Shown here: positions 37,205 through 48,314 of the stretch, piece by piece
Position numbering within the stretch: the stretch's first letter is position 1
How the letters are laid out: every line of letters starts with the position of its first letter
From: an uncultured delta proteobacterium
GTDB taxonomy: Bacteria > Myxococcota_A > Polyangia > Polyangiales > Houyiibacteriaceae
Length of the DNA stretch: 64,000 bases
Assembly (NCBI GenBank): GCA_963716775.1
Contig: CAVQUI010000008.1
Coordinates: forward strand, 974-64,973
Direction of reading: 5' to 3'
Notes under the pieces: generated by a model
Seen by the model: only the letters and a program-made list of their open reading frames with translations
What the model was told of the DNA's origin: nothing
Databases searched by the model: none
Made by a program: the position numbers and the translations under genes

Positions 37205-37530
37205 GTGTGGTCGGAACGACCGAGCGTAGTCGCATGCTGCTGGCTCCTCATGCTCGCATGCTCGAGCGTTCCGGTAGCGCATGCTCAAGACTAAGAAGTC
37301 TTTGAGGCAGAAGGTGCTGAAGAAGAGTACCGAAACGCGCCTCAACTTCGGCTTCATCTACGTGCACTCCATTCTTAGGGAGGTGGAAACTCTGCCGAAG
37401 AAGAAGGGGCCCGCGGGGGGGCGAGACCTCTACGGCCTCGCTTACATCTACGTCGTCAACGCTGGAAGCATCTCGAAGCACGACCTGAACGCTTCACTCA
37501 ACGGGGTTTACTATTTTCAACGAGGCCAGC
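37205..37530 (+). pseudogene. Remnant of a secreted/outer-membrane protein gene
   Basis: Signal-peptide-like 'VWSERPSVVACCWLLMLACSSVPVAHA|QD' then TAA (37292). Beta-strand-like fragments 'RLNFGFIYVH' and 'SLNGVYYF' follow in another frame. Confidence 0.35.
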
Positions 37531-37659
37531 GAGCTGGGCGACCCTACGGAAGCCTCAGGGCACCCCACGACCGCGCTAGTCGGGCCGATCCGAGATCAGG
37601 CCCAGTTCAACGGTGTGGTAGGAGCCAGACAAGACGACGCTCTACGCCAGACCGCCACA

Positions 37660-38733
37660 CTAGAAGAACACGAACGACGCCGCGAACATGATCCCCGTCA
37701 GCCCGAAGTAGGTGATCGGAAAGATCCGTCGACACCGGCGATCCAGGAGATCCCCTGCCTCCACCCCGCCCTGCCGATCATGCGCCGCGACCACGAGGTT
37801 CATGACAGCGGATGCGCACATGATGATGAGGCTGAGGTTCAAGAACCCATTCATGAAGGTCAGATAGGAAATGTGAGGCAAGATCTCGCTCACCACGATT
37901 TGGTAGGCGACGGCGGTGAGAATGCCGATGAACGAGACGTTGATTCGATCACCCAACGACGAGCGATCCATCCAAAACACCGACCAGGAGAGCATCACGA
38001 TCAGCATCAATGGAACAATCACCAGCCGAACCATGAAGAACGACTCCCGTTCGACGTCCATGCTGACAACCAACGCCGAGGCGACCCCTACGCTGTCCTG
38101 CGTAGGGAGCTCGGCGATCCCGTGTCGACGTTCGGACGCCTTCGAAAGCCCACTGCGGCATCCGAATTGGCGATCGGCGTCTGATCGGCGAGACGACCTC
38201 ACTTTGGTCGAACCGAGCCTCCGCAGCCGCATCCAAGGGCCTCGACAAGTTCCGAGGGTCAGGGTGCCATCAGACCGCACCCGAAGCACGATCCCGTGCT
38301 TCTCGTGCAGCCCCGATTCGTTGACGAGAATCATTTGCGGGAACCATCCGTCGAAGACCTCGTTGAACTGGAACGCGCCCAGATAGACCTTTTCGGCAAC
38401 CCCCGCCTCAGCAGGGTCGAAGGCCTGACGCTCGTCGTGCCATGTCAGCTTGAGCACCCCGCCGAACTCGAAGGTCTCGGCTTCGTCGTCGATGTCGTTG
38501 ATGTCACGCAGATGGAAGCTGGCCCGAACCACGACGGGGCCGGCTTGCTCTGGAGGACCGGTCACAAAGGGCTCGCCGGCTGCGCTCGGATGCACCACTG
38601 GAGCGGGATTGTCGTCCGCCTCAGCCCGGGCGATCCCTGCGCAGCACATGGCGGTGCTCAGCAGGGTCAGGGCTATCGAAACGACCTTATGCATCTTTGG
38701 CGCGACCTCGGAACCGGGCGTCACGTGAGCCAA
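37660..38733 (-). pseudogene. Prokaryotic pentameric ligand-gated ion channel (GLIC/ELIC-like), frameshifted and lacking the Pro-loop
   Basis: 'INDIDDEAETF...LTWHDER', 'WFPQMILVN', 'VRSDGT', M1 'RLVIVPLMLIVMLSWSVFW', M2 'DRINVSFIGILTAVAY', 'LPHISYLTFM'; no [FY]PFD found in any frame. Confidence 0.8.
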
Positions 38734-39007
38734 GTGCTAGGGGAAGGACCGTCGAGGCTCAAGGAGGAGCCGGCGACGAACGTGTACCGATGCTACCCAC
38801 GAACAGGTTCACCTTCGAAATAGTCGCCGCCCAGATCGGCATCCGGCCCCCCGGTAGCGGCCGTCCCGCCGAATTGTCTGGGTTCTCGGCTCCGGCGTCG
38901 ACTTTCTCGACTTGAAACACGGCGTTTGCGCTTACTATCAGCACGCAAGCGGAATCGGGACCATTGCCGGTGATCCGAGAAACGCCTTAGAACGCCGAGT
39001 ACCTCTC

Positions 39008-40910
39008 ATGAGCCGTTCCCTGTCTCGTCCCTCTTTCGGAGCACACCGTCGAAATCGTCAGCGACGCTGGCGAAGGTGCGCAAAAAGCGGCCATTGCCTT
39101 CGCGCAACTCTGCGCCAAAGCAGGCAACGGGCTTTGGACGGTGGAGATCATCCCCTCCGAGATCCGCCCGCCGCCGCATACGATCGGGAGCGCGAGCGGC
39201 AACCGCATTCGCCTTGCCGAACGCAGCAAGGTCACCAATGCCGGTAACCGAGCGAACGTCGTCCTGGCCTTCAACGAAATGGCCCTGCTCTCGCGGCTCG
39301 AAGCGGGGAGTCTCGCCGACGACGTTCTCGTGCTGATCGACGATCACTGGGCGACTCACGACATGGAGCAGTACCGGCTCTCCTACCGTGAGGTGATCAA
39401 CAAGTTGCGTTCGCGCGGGGCGACCATCGTCGAGGTCCCATTGGAAAGGGAAACCAGCCGCCACGCCGAAGATGCACAACAGGGGAAGAACATGTTTGCG
39501 GTGGGCCTCTTGTGCGCCCTCTACAACAAAGACATGGATGTTGCTCGACGATGTGATTCGCGGCATCTTCGAGGGCAAAGCCCGCGAGGTGATCGAGCTG
39601 GCGGTGAGGCTCGCGGACGCCGGCTATCAATACGGAGTCGCAAACTTCGAAGAACGCTTCGAAATCCAGGCTCTCCCAACAGATGTCCCGAAAGTGGCGA
39701 TGAACGGGAACACCGCACTCGCGCTCGGCGCCGTCTCGGCTGGATTCGAGATGTGTTCCATGTATCCGATCACCCCGGCGACCTCTGCTTCGCATGAACT
39801 GTCGCAGATCTTCGAAGATTTCGGTGGCTTCGTCCATCAGGCCGAAGACGAGATCGCCGCAATCGGGGTGGCGCTCGGCGCCTCCTACGCCGGAAAGACC
39901 GCGCTGACCATCACCTCGGGGCCGGGCATGGCCTTGAAGACGGAGTTCCAGGGCTTGGCCGTGATGACCGAGACGCCGCTCGTCATCGTTGATGTTCAGC
40001 GAGGCGGACCCAGCACCGGCTTGCCGACGAAGATCGAGCAAGCGGATCTGCTTCATGCGCTCTACGGCGCTCCAGGGGACGCGCCCAAGGTGGTGATCGC
40101 GCCGAGTACGATCGAAGAGTGCTATTATATTCTTTCGGTCGCGCGGAAGATTGCGGAGGAATTCCGCATGCTCGTGATCGTCCTTTCCGACGCAAACCTG
40201 GCGACAGGTCAGCAGCTTTTCGATCGCCCCGATGTTTCCCAGACGCCGCGACGGCCTCCGCTCGACCTCAGCCCGGTGCCGCTCGGAACCCTGCCGTACG
40301 ATTGGGATCCAACGACGGGACTTTCGCAGCGCCTCATCCCTGGGCAGCCGGGCGGAATGGGGGTGACGACCTCGCTCAACCACGACCGCGACGGAAAGGC
40401 CTGTTACGACGCCGAGCGCAACCAGCGCGGGCACGACATGCGCAGCCGGAAACTCGCCGCTTTGCAGCAAAGCCTGCAGCCACCGAGCGTACATGGAGCG
40501 CTCGAGGGCGACCTCCTCCTCGTGGGTTGGGGAAGCACGCGAGGAGCGATCGAGGAAGCCGTCGACTTGGCGCGCGGCGAGGGCCTCGCGGTTTCCTCCG
40601 TCCACATTCAGTTCCTCAGTCCCCTGCCGCCCGGACTCCACGATATTTTCGCGGGTTTTCGCCGGATCATCACGGTCGAGCTCAACTACAGCGATGACTG
40701 GGACGACCCGTTGATTACAAAGGAAAACCGTCGGTACGGCCAGTTGGCGTGGATCCTCCGGGCCGCCACCCTGTTGGACATCGACTGCTATGCCAAGGTC
40801 CCTGGCCGGCCGTACATGCCGGTGGAGATCTCGACGAAATCAAACGCGTCCTCGGCGATCAATCGGGAATCGAACACCCGGTGAGACCCTTCGCGCAATC
40901 TCGGGAGTAA
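39008..40910 (+). CDS. korA: 2-oxoacid:ferredoxin oxidoreductase alpha subunit (fused gamma-alpha); frameshifts near 39030, 39545 and 40830
   Basis: 'EIVSDAGEG', 'GKNMFAVG', 'MNGN', 'YPITPAT', 'QAEDEIAA', 'TSGPGM.LK.E', 'VQRGGPSTGLPTK', 'GWGST.G'. Confidence 0.9.
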
Positions 40911-40917
40911 ATTGACG

Positions 40918-41873
40918 ATGTCTGTGCTTGCGGAACTATGCGTGATCGAGAGCAGCGCGGTCGAAGCTCACTCCCTCGGCGACTACGAATCTGAGACGCC
41001 CCGTTGGTGCAAGGGGTGCGGCGACCATGGAGTGTTCGCCGCGCTCCAGCGTGTGTTGCGCAAGAATAATCTCGAACCGGAGGACGTTGTCTCGGTGTCC
41101 GGCATCGGATGCTCGAGCCGTCTCCCCCACTATCTCAAGACCTACGGTTTTCACGGTATCCACGGCCGGGCTTTGCCGATCTCCACGGGCGTGCGGCTCT
41201 CGCGCCCCGAGCTTCCCGTCATCGTAGTCATGGGCGACGGTGATTGTTTCAGTATCGGCGGCAACCATTGGCTGCATGCGATCCGTTACAACATCAACGC
41301 GGTCGTGCTGGTGTTCGACAATGAGGTGTATGCGCTCACCAAGATGCAGGTCTCGCCGACCACGCCGGACGGATGGAAAACGAACACCACCCCGCATGGC
41401 ACCTACCTTCAACCCATGAACCCTCTCAGCGTGGTGATGGGAATGACCAACGTTTCGTTCGTCGCCCAAACCGCCACCTGGCTGCCCGCGCACCTCGACG
41501 AGACCATCGAAAAGGCCTGGGACCACAAGGGGCTGTCCTTTGTGCGCATCTTGCAGCGGTGCCCGGTGTTCATGCCCAAAGCTTTTGGCGAGGGCGGATT
41601 GAACTTCCCGGTTGTGTTCCTCGAGAATGAGGACGGATCCCCGTGCATCCCTTGCTTCTCAAGCGCGGCGCCACTCAGGCGCACGACCATCGCGACATCA
41701 ACGAGGCTCAGCGCGTCGCGGTCAATGTCGACCCTGCCCCCATGGGCTTGGTGTATCGCAATCCCGATCTCCCCACCTATGAAGAGATCCGATGGAACCG
41801 CCAAGATCGGCCAGATCACGAGACCTTCGTTCAGCGGCTCGAAGCCACAATGGACCGCTACACCGTCAGCTGA
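40918..41873 (+). CDS. korB: 2-oxoacid:ferredoxin oxidoreductase beta subunit (frameshift near 41640)
   Basis: 'WCKGCGD', 'SGIGCSSR', 'HGIHGRALP', TPP motif 'GDGD...DN..YALTK.Q.SPT'. The C-terminus continues in ORF 41643..41873. Confidence 0.9.
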
Positions 41874-41886
41874 CCGTGTGCACGTC

Positions 41887-43371
41887 ATGAAAGAACAGAT
41901 TCTCCAACGCGTCGAAGATGTTTGGCGCCACCACTGCGGCGCTCTCGAAGAGGCTCTTGGCGAGACCATCTCCGAACTGAACAACGTGCTTCGTCTCGAC
42001 GAGTACCATCGCCATGGGCATGATCCCGACCAGCTCGAGCGCGCTCTGGGTCCCTTTGCCGCGACCAGCCTCGACCTCGGCTCCTTGTCCCGCGTCCTCG
42101 GTAAAAGCACGCGCTCACGGGCGATGTCGCCGGAACGGCTCAAACGAGTGCAGGGGCTCATCCCCACGCTGTCGGAAATGAAGGAAGCTTGTTCGACGGC
42201 TCTACCCGACTCCGCCTCGGTCGATCTCGGGGCGGAAGAGAATGAAATCCGGGAACTTGCGGAGCAACACCTGACTCGCATCGCCAGGGTCTTTCGCACC
42301 CTGCGCATCGCGCAACTGGAGATTCGCTCCAAGTACGAAGCTGCGACCCATGACCCGGTCTTTGCGAATTTCAACTGGCGCCAGTTCGGACCCGGCGAGC
42401 TCCGCTTATGTCCTCCCTTTCTCGTCATGGCGCGTCTGGATGAAGACAGAGGCGCGCAACTGCGCAAGATGATGTCGCTTCTCGAGGTCGGCATGCCGAT
42501 CAAGATTGTGGCTCTGCGATCGAGTTTGCGCGAGGTCTACTCCTCGGCCCTCGACATCAGCGTGCCCGCCAGGATAACCATTGAAATGCTCCCGCTGGCG
42601 ATGCGGGGCGTCTACTTGCTCCAGACCTGTGTGGCGGCCCCGGATTTCCAAGATCGCCTCTTCGACGGTTTGACCGCCCCGCGGCCCGGCGTGATTTCGG
42701 TCCTCTGCCAGCGGAGCGATGAGGAGCAGGCTGCCTTTCAAAGGCGCGCCGAACGTGCCGTGCGCGCCAGGGCCTTTCCGATGTGCGTCTACGATCCTGA
42801 TGGCGCGAACGGTTTCGTCATGTGTATCGATCTCTCCTCGAATCCATCGCCGGATGCAGTTTGGACCAACGAAACGCTCTGCGGCCAGGACGCGCAAGGG
42901 CAAGCCATCGAAGTCGAAGAGGCCTTCACCTTTGCCCACTTCGCCGCCTCCGAGCCGGAGTTCGCTGCGGAGCTCGCCGACGCGCCCCTAATGGCCGATC
43001 AGCTGATCCCGATGAACGATTATCTGGGCTTCTCGCGACCGCAGCGGGTCGGGAAACTTCCCTTGATCTCGCTCGCCGACAAAGACGGAAGCATCCTTCG
43101 CAAAGTTGTCTCGCCAGCACTTGCCCTGCAGTGCTCGGATCGCCTCCACCTCTGGCGAACCCTTCAGGAGATCTCCGGAATCGACAACCCGTACGTCAAC
43201 ACCACCCGCACCACACTGAAGAACGAATTTATCGCCGAACAACAGGCGCAGCTCGAAAATCAGCGACAGGAAATGGAGAAGGAAGCAGCTCGCCGCGAGC
43301 AGGCCGTCGTCGCCTCCACCGTACGCAAGCTCGTTGCCCACCTCAGCGGCGTCGACCCTCCCGGCAGCTGA
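41887..43371 (+). CDS. Uncharacterised protein resembling the C-terminal region of large pyruvate:ferredoxin oxidoreductases
   Basis: ATG 41887; 'RAFPMCVYDPD', 'DLSSNP', 'FTFAHFA..E..F', 'WRTLQEISG', C-terminal coiled coil; no GDG motif or Fe-S motif seen. Confidence 0.65.
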   Translation: MKEQILQRVEDVWRHHCGALEEALGETISELNNVLRLDEYHRHGHDPDQLERALGPFAATSLDLGSLSRVLGKSTRSRAMSPERLKRVQGLIPTLSEMKEACSTALPDSASVDLGAEENEIRELAEQHLTRIARVFRTLRIAQLEIRSKYEAATHDPVFANFNWRQFGPGELRLCPPFLVMARLDEDRGAQLRKMMSLLEVGMPIKIVALRSSLREVYSSALDISVPARITIEMLPLAMRGVYLLQTCVAAPDFQDRLFDGLTAPRPGVISVLCQRSDEEQAAFQRRAERAVRARAFPMCVYDPDGANGFVMCIDLSSNPSPDAVWTNETLCGQDAQGQAIEVEEAFTFAHFAASEPEFAAELADAPLMADQLIPMNDYLGFSRPQRVGKLPLISLADKDGSILRKVVSPALALQCSDRLHLWRTLQEISGIDNPYVNTTRTTLKNEFIAEQQAQLENQRQEMEKEAARREQAVVASTVRKLVAHLSGVDPPGS

Positions 43372-43467
43372 GGAATCCAAGCTGTCCGAATGGGTCTTGC
43401 TCTACGGCGGCCATCTGCTTAGATGGACCATAGCTTTCCTACTCCTTCATACCTTCTGAGGTCATAG

Positions 43468-44811
43468 ATGCTCGACTCCCTCGTCCGACACACCAGCGTT
43501 CTGGAGATCATCGGCGATGTAATCCGGGTCCGGGCTACAGGCGTAGCTCTCGGGGATCTTGCGCGGGTGGAGAACCGGGATGGTGAGGTGTCGACGGCCA
43601 GCGTTGTCGAGTTGAAACGGGATATCGTGAGCCTTCAAGTGTTCGCGGGTGGCAAAGGCATCTCTACCGATGCCCGAGTTCGTTTCCTCGGACATCCCCA
43701 GCAGGTCACCTTCTCCAACCACATTCTCGGGCGGATCTTCCGGGGCTCGGGCGAGGTCATCGATGGCAAGCCGCCCCTCGACTCCGAGGACACAATCCCG
43801 GTGGCGGGCCCTACCGTGAACCCAATGATGCGGGTCGTACCGTCGAAGATGATCGAGACGGAAGTCCCCATGATCGATCTCTTCAACAGTCTGGTGGAGA
43901 GCCAGAAGATCCCGATCTTCTCGGTTGCCGGTGAGCCCTACAATGCTCTTCTGGCCCGCATCGGCTTCCAGGCAGACGCCGACATCGTGGTCTTCGCCGG
44001 ATTGGGACTGATCTTCGACGACTTCCACTTCTTCAAGACCGCCTTCGAGGAGAACGGGGTCGCCCATCGCACGGTCATGTATGTGAATCTGGCCTCCGAC
44101 CCGATCATCGAACGCTTGCTCGTACCGGACATGGCGGTGGCGGTCGCCGAGCGCTTCGCCATGGAGCACTCCAAGCGGGTCCTGGTGCTGATGACGGACA
44201 TGACCGCCTACGCCGATGCCATGAAAGAGATTGGCGTGTCGCAGTCCCGGATTCCGGCGACGAGGGGTTACCTGGGCGACCTCTATACGCAGCTCGCCCG
44301 GCGATACGAGAAAGCGTGCGACTTCAAAGGGGCCGGCTCGGTCACGATCCTTACCGTCACCACCATGCCTGGCAACGACGTGACCCACCCGGTTCCCGAC
44401 AACACCGGTTACATCACGGAGGGACAGTTCTACTTGCACGACGGGGTCATCGACCCCTTCGGCTCGCTTTCGCGGCTGAAGCAGCACGTCGTCGGGAAAG
44501 TCACCCGGGAGGATCACGGCCAGATCATGAACACCATGGTGCGCTTCTACGCCGCCGCCCGGGAAGCCGAGCAAAAGCAGGCCATGGCCTTCGAGCTTTC
44601 GGACCTCGACATGAAGCTCCTCAAATTCGGGAAGCTGTTTCGGAGGCGCTTCATGGATGTGGACGTCTCTTTGCCTCTGTTGAAGGCGCTCGATCTGAGC
44701 TGGCACACACTTGCCGAATGCTTCGAGCCACACGAGCTTCTCATGAAGCAGGACCTCGTTGACCGGTACTTCCCGGACTTGAGGAACGAAGACACGAAAG
44801 AGGTCAGCTGA
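43468..44811 (+). CDS. ntpB: V/A-type ATP synthase subunit B
   Basis: 'QKIPIFS', 'MTDMTAYADAMKE', 'RGYLGDLY', 'THPVPDNTGYITEGQ', 'SLSRLK'. Confidence 0.95.
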   Translation: MLDSLVRHTSVLEIIGDVIRVRATGVALGDLARVENRDGEVSTASVVELKRDIVSLQVFAGGKGISTDARVRFLGHPQQVTFSNHILGRIFRGSGEVIDGKPPLDSEDTIPVAGPTVNPMMRVVPSKMIETEVPMIDLFNSLVESQKIPIFSVAGEPYNALLARIGFQADADIVVFAGLGLIFDDFHFFKTAFEENGVAHRTVMYVNLASDPIIERLLVPDMAVAVAERFAMEHSKRVLVLMTDMTAYADAMKEIGVSQSRIPATRGYLGDLYTQLARRYEKACDFKGAGSVTILTVTTMPGNDVTHPVPDNTGYITEGQFYLHDGVIDPFGSLSRLKQHVVGKVTREDHGQIMNTMVRFYAAAREAEQKQAMAFELSDLDMKLLKFGKLFRRRFMDVDVSLPLLKALDLSWHTLAECFEPHELLMKQDLVDRYFPDLRNEDTKEVS

Positions 44812-44814
44812 GCA

Positions 44815-45456
44815 ATGGCCCGACTGAAGCTCAGCAAGGCGTCGCTACAGCAGGAGGTAGTCAAACTCAAGCTCTATGAGAAGCTCCTTCCTTCACTGGA
44901 GCTCAAGCGCAGGCAGCTGACCATCGAACTGGACAGGGCCCGTAAGGAGCACGCAGCGACGCAGGCCGAGGTCGACCGCGTGGAGGCGCGCGTGGGGGCG
45001 GAGCTGCCCATGCTGGCCAACACGGAGATCGAGCTCAAGGGTCTGGTCAAGATGACGGCTTTCGACTTGGAGCAAGAAAACCTGGTTGGTGTCCGGCTCC
45101 CCGTTCTGAAGGAAGTCGAGTGCCAGGTAGAAGAATATTCACCGCTTGCAAAGCCCCCTTGGGTTGATGCGCTGGTCGAACGCCTTCGGGATGCGGCCGA
45201 GGCGCGAACACGCATCCAGGTCGCCGCGGAGAGGGTCCGCATCTTGTCGCGTGCAGAGCGACGCATCACACAACGCGTGAACCTTTTCGAGAAGATTCTC
45301 ATTCCCAGGACCCGGAAGAACATCGAGCGCATCCAAATCTGGCTGGGTGACATAGGAAGAGCCGCCGTGGTTCAAGGGAAGCTGGCGAAGGCCCGGCAGG
45401 TGCATGACCTGGGGCCGGCGGAGGATGAGGAGACGGCGTGGCCATTGTCCCTTTGA
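44815..45456 (+). CDS. ntpD: V/A-type ATP synthase subunit D
   Basis: 'LPSLELKRRQL', 'TQRVNLFEKILIP'. Confidence 0.93.
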   Translation: MARLKLSKASLQQEVVKLKLYEKLLPSLELKRRQLTIELDRARKEHAATQAEVDRVEARVGAELPMLANTEIELKGLVKMTAFDLEQENLVGVRLPVLKEVECQVEEYSPLAKPPWVDALVERLRDAAEARTRIQVAAERVRILSRAERRITQRVNLFEKILIPRTRKNIERIQIWLGDIGRAAVVQGKLAKARQVHDLGPAEDEETAWPLSL

Positions 45457-47197
45457 GCAAACTCACCTTGGTGGGGCACCAGGCTGAAAAGGAAAGAGTC
45501 CTCGAAGACATGCAGGAGCTCGGCTGCCTCGAGGTCGTTTCGCTCGCGCAGGACGTGGCGCCGCTCGCAGACCCGTCGAAACGAAGTCGCGAAGCTTTGA
45601 GCTATCTCGAGCAGTGCCCCCAGAAACAGCGCCCTGTAACCCATCTCGCCGAGTTCGATGCCGTGGCCGTCGAGGAGGAGATCCTGGAGCTCAGGGATCA
45701 GACGCACGAGCTGGAGCTCGAGCGGGACGCGCTCATGCACCGCATCGAAGCACTTGCGCCGTGGGGCGACTTCGAGTTCCCGACCGAAGGAGACTTGGGG
45801 GAACAACGCTTGTGGTTCTACGTGGTGCCACAGAACCGCTTACGTGACCTCGAAGCGTTGGATCTGACTTGGCAGGAGATCAAGCGCGTGGGACGGAACG
45901 CTTATGTGGTCGTGATCGCCGAGCTGGAGCCCGAGGGCTTGCCGGTGCCACGAGTGCGAACCGGTGGCATCTCGCGGCACACGCTCGAGCGAAGGCTAGA
46001 GGACGTGGAGCTCGAGCTCGAGGACGCATCGCTCGGGAGAATCGACTCACCCGCTGGAGCAGCCTGCTCTCCCGCAGCCTGGCTGCTCTCGAGGACCGGG
46101 CTGCTCGCAGGCTTGCGGCCGATCAGTGTTACGATTCCGGTCCGGTTTTCGCGCTCCGGGCATGGGCACCAACCGAGGCCTTGGACGCGCTCGGATCGTA
46201 CGCGGCGAAGCATGGGGTCGCCATGGAGGTTTCCGATCCCGGCCCGGACGACGAACCCCCGACGCTCCTTCACAACTCGGATCGGATGGAAGGCGGCGAG
46301 GACCTCGTCAACTTCTACAAGACCCCCGGCTACCGCAGCTGGGACCCGTCGTCTGTAGTTCTGTATTCGTTCGCGATCTTCTTCGCGATGATCATCTCGG
46401 ACGGTGGCTACGGGCTGATCTTGGCACTCCTGCTGGCGTACTTCTGGAATAGACTGTCGAGCTTCGCCGCAGGACGCCGGTGGCGTTGGGTGTTGGCCAC
46501 CCTCACGGTGACCACGGTCGTCTACGGCGTTCTGGTGGGCTCGTTTTTCGGGGTCACGCCAGCTCCAGACATGTTTTTCTCGCGGCTGGCGATTCTAGAC
46601 GTCACGGACGCGAGCTCCATGATGGCGCTCTCGATCACGATCGGAACGATTCACGTGATGATCGGCAATCTCATGAACGCCAGACGGTACGGCTGGAGCC
46701 CCCGTGCTCTGCCCTCGCTCGGATGGGCCATATTCGTGCTCGCTGGGTACACGCTGCTAGTGGCCTCACAGCTAGGAGCCGACTGGCTGAATAGGCCGGC
46801 CATTGCCGTCGCTATCTTCGGCCTGGTCTTGGTCTTGTTGTTTTCGGGATACGGAGCGCGTCCTTTGGCCCGCCTGGGCAAAGGGCTGGTGGGATTGACT
46901 CGAATCACCGCAGCGTTTGGAGATGTCTTGAGCTACCTGAGGCTCTTCGCCTTGGGCCTCGCCTCCGCGTCACTGGCGATCGCGTTCAACGGAATGGCCG
47001 CTGATGCTCGGGATGGCATTCCCGGCGTCGGTCTCCTTGTGGCTCTAATCATCCTCGTCATCGGACACAGCCTGAACCTGCTATTGGCCGTTGCCAGTGG
47101 TTTCATCCACGGACTACGATTGAATGTTATCGAATTCCTCAACTGGGGACTTCCGGAAGAGGGTCCCTCTTCCGGCCGTTCAGAGAAAGGTGTGTGA
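45438..47197 (+). CDS. ntpI: V/A-type ATP synthase subunit I/a (frameshift near 46030)
   Basis: 'PWGDF', 'PPTLLHN', 'FFAMIISDGGYG', 'DVLSYLRLFALGLA', 'HGLRLNVIEF'. Confidence 0.93.
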
Positions 47198-47200
47198 ACC

Positions 47201-47647
47201 TTGGAACCGCTCGTCTTGATCATGGGATGGCTGGGCATCTTCTCCCCTCTGGCCTTAGGTGCCATCGGAAGCATGCTTGGCGTTGGCCGGGGCGGCCTGG
47301 CCGCGGCCGGCGCGATGCTCGAAGTGGAGAGCGGCTACGGCCGCTTCGTCGGGGTGGCGGCAATGCCTTCCTCGCAGACCATCTACGGCATCGTCGTGAT
47401 GCTGACCCTCAACCGCACAGTCTCGGTGGAAAACTCGCCCGGCCTATTCGTGCTGGGAGCTCTCACTGGCGTTGCCCTGCTCGTCAGCGCGATGGCACAG
47501 GGAAGCGCCTGTGCGGCCTCCATCAACACCTCGAAGTCGAAGCCTGAGGTGTTTGGGATCTCCGTCGCGCCCGCGGCTGTGATCGAGGGCTTCGCTGTAT
47601 TCGTTTTCGTATTCGCGCTGGTGCTTGCAGGCGCCATTCCGAAGTGA
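47201..47647 (+). CDS. ntpK: V/A-type ATP synthase rotor subunit K/c (4 TM)
   Basis: 'MPSSQTIYG', 'SAMAQG', 'VIEGFAV'. Confidence 0.93.
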   Translation: MEPLVLIMGWLGIFSPLALGAIGSMLGVGRGGLAAAGAMLEVESGYGRFVGVAAMPSSQTIYGIVVMLTLNRTVSVENSPGLFVLGALTGVALLVSAMAQGSACAASINTSKSKPEVFGISVAPAAVIEGFAVFVFVFALVLAGAIPK

Positions 47648-47655
47648 GGTGACGC

Positions 47656-48314
47656 ATGACCGAGCCAGACGGGAAATCCTCGGGCGTCAAGAAGCTCATC
47701 GACCGGATTCGTGATGAAGGAGTCCAGTCGGCGCGAGCGGAGGCCGACCGAATTCTCACGGAAGCCAGAGCGCAAGCGGCACGGACCGTGGCGGACGCCA
47801 AAGCGGAAGCTACAGCCATCAAGACGGAGGCACGGGCCGCAATGGAGCGGGAACAGACTGCGACCATCGAGGCGCTGCGGATCGCGGCACGGGACACCAG
47901 CCTGGAGCTTCGCTCGGCAATCATGGCCGCTTTCGAAGAACACGTGCGTCGCCTCGTGACCGACGTGACCACCGACGGCTCGGTGCTCCGCGACATGATC
48001 TTGGTCCTGGCCGGGAGGGCGGCGGAAGAGCTCATCCAAGACAAGGACGCGGTCATCCTGGTTCCCGATCAGCTGGGCGATGAAGTCTCGGCGAAGCTCG
48101 GGAATTTCTCCAGAAGTCGGCAGTGGCTTTCTCGGCCGACGTGTTGAGGAAGGGCATCGAGCTCATCCCGTCGAAGGAGTTCCAGGGCGGGGCGCGCGTT
48201 CGTTTGCTGGGCGAGGACCTGGAGATCGACTTGAGCGACGAGGCTCTATCCGCGATGATGCTGAAGCTGCTTCTGCCCCGCTATCGGAAGATCCTAGTCG
48301 AGGCAGGGCAGTGA
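47656..48314 (+). CDS. ntpE: V/A-type ATP synthase subunit E (frameshift near 48100)
   Basis: 'LIDRIRDEGV..A..EA..I..EA' coiled coil; C part 'EIDLSDEALS..MLKLLLPRY'. Confidence 0.88.

Noticed and set aside
37281-37691. 136-aa ORF as a stand-alone gene
   Set aside because: No RBS, and a low-complexity tail overlapping the pLGIC; better explained as part of a degraded gene starting at 37205.
40912-43371. 819-aa apparent fusion of KorB with a PFOR-like domain
   Set aside because: The junction is low-complexity off-frame text. The real KorB tail lies in ORF 41643..41873 and a new ATG follows at 41887, so this is a frameshift artefact.
43462-44733. 423-aa minus-strand ORF (also 26304..27611 and 39397..40641)
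   Set aside because: Antisense shadows of well-supported genes.
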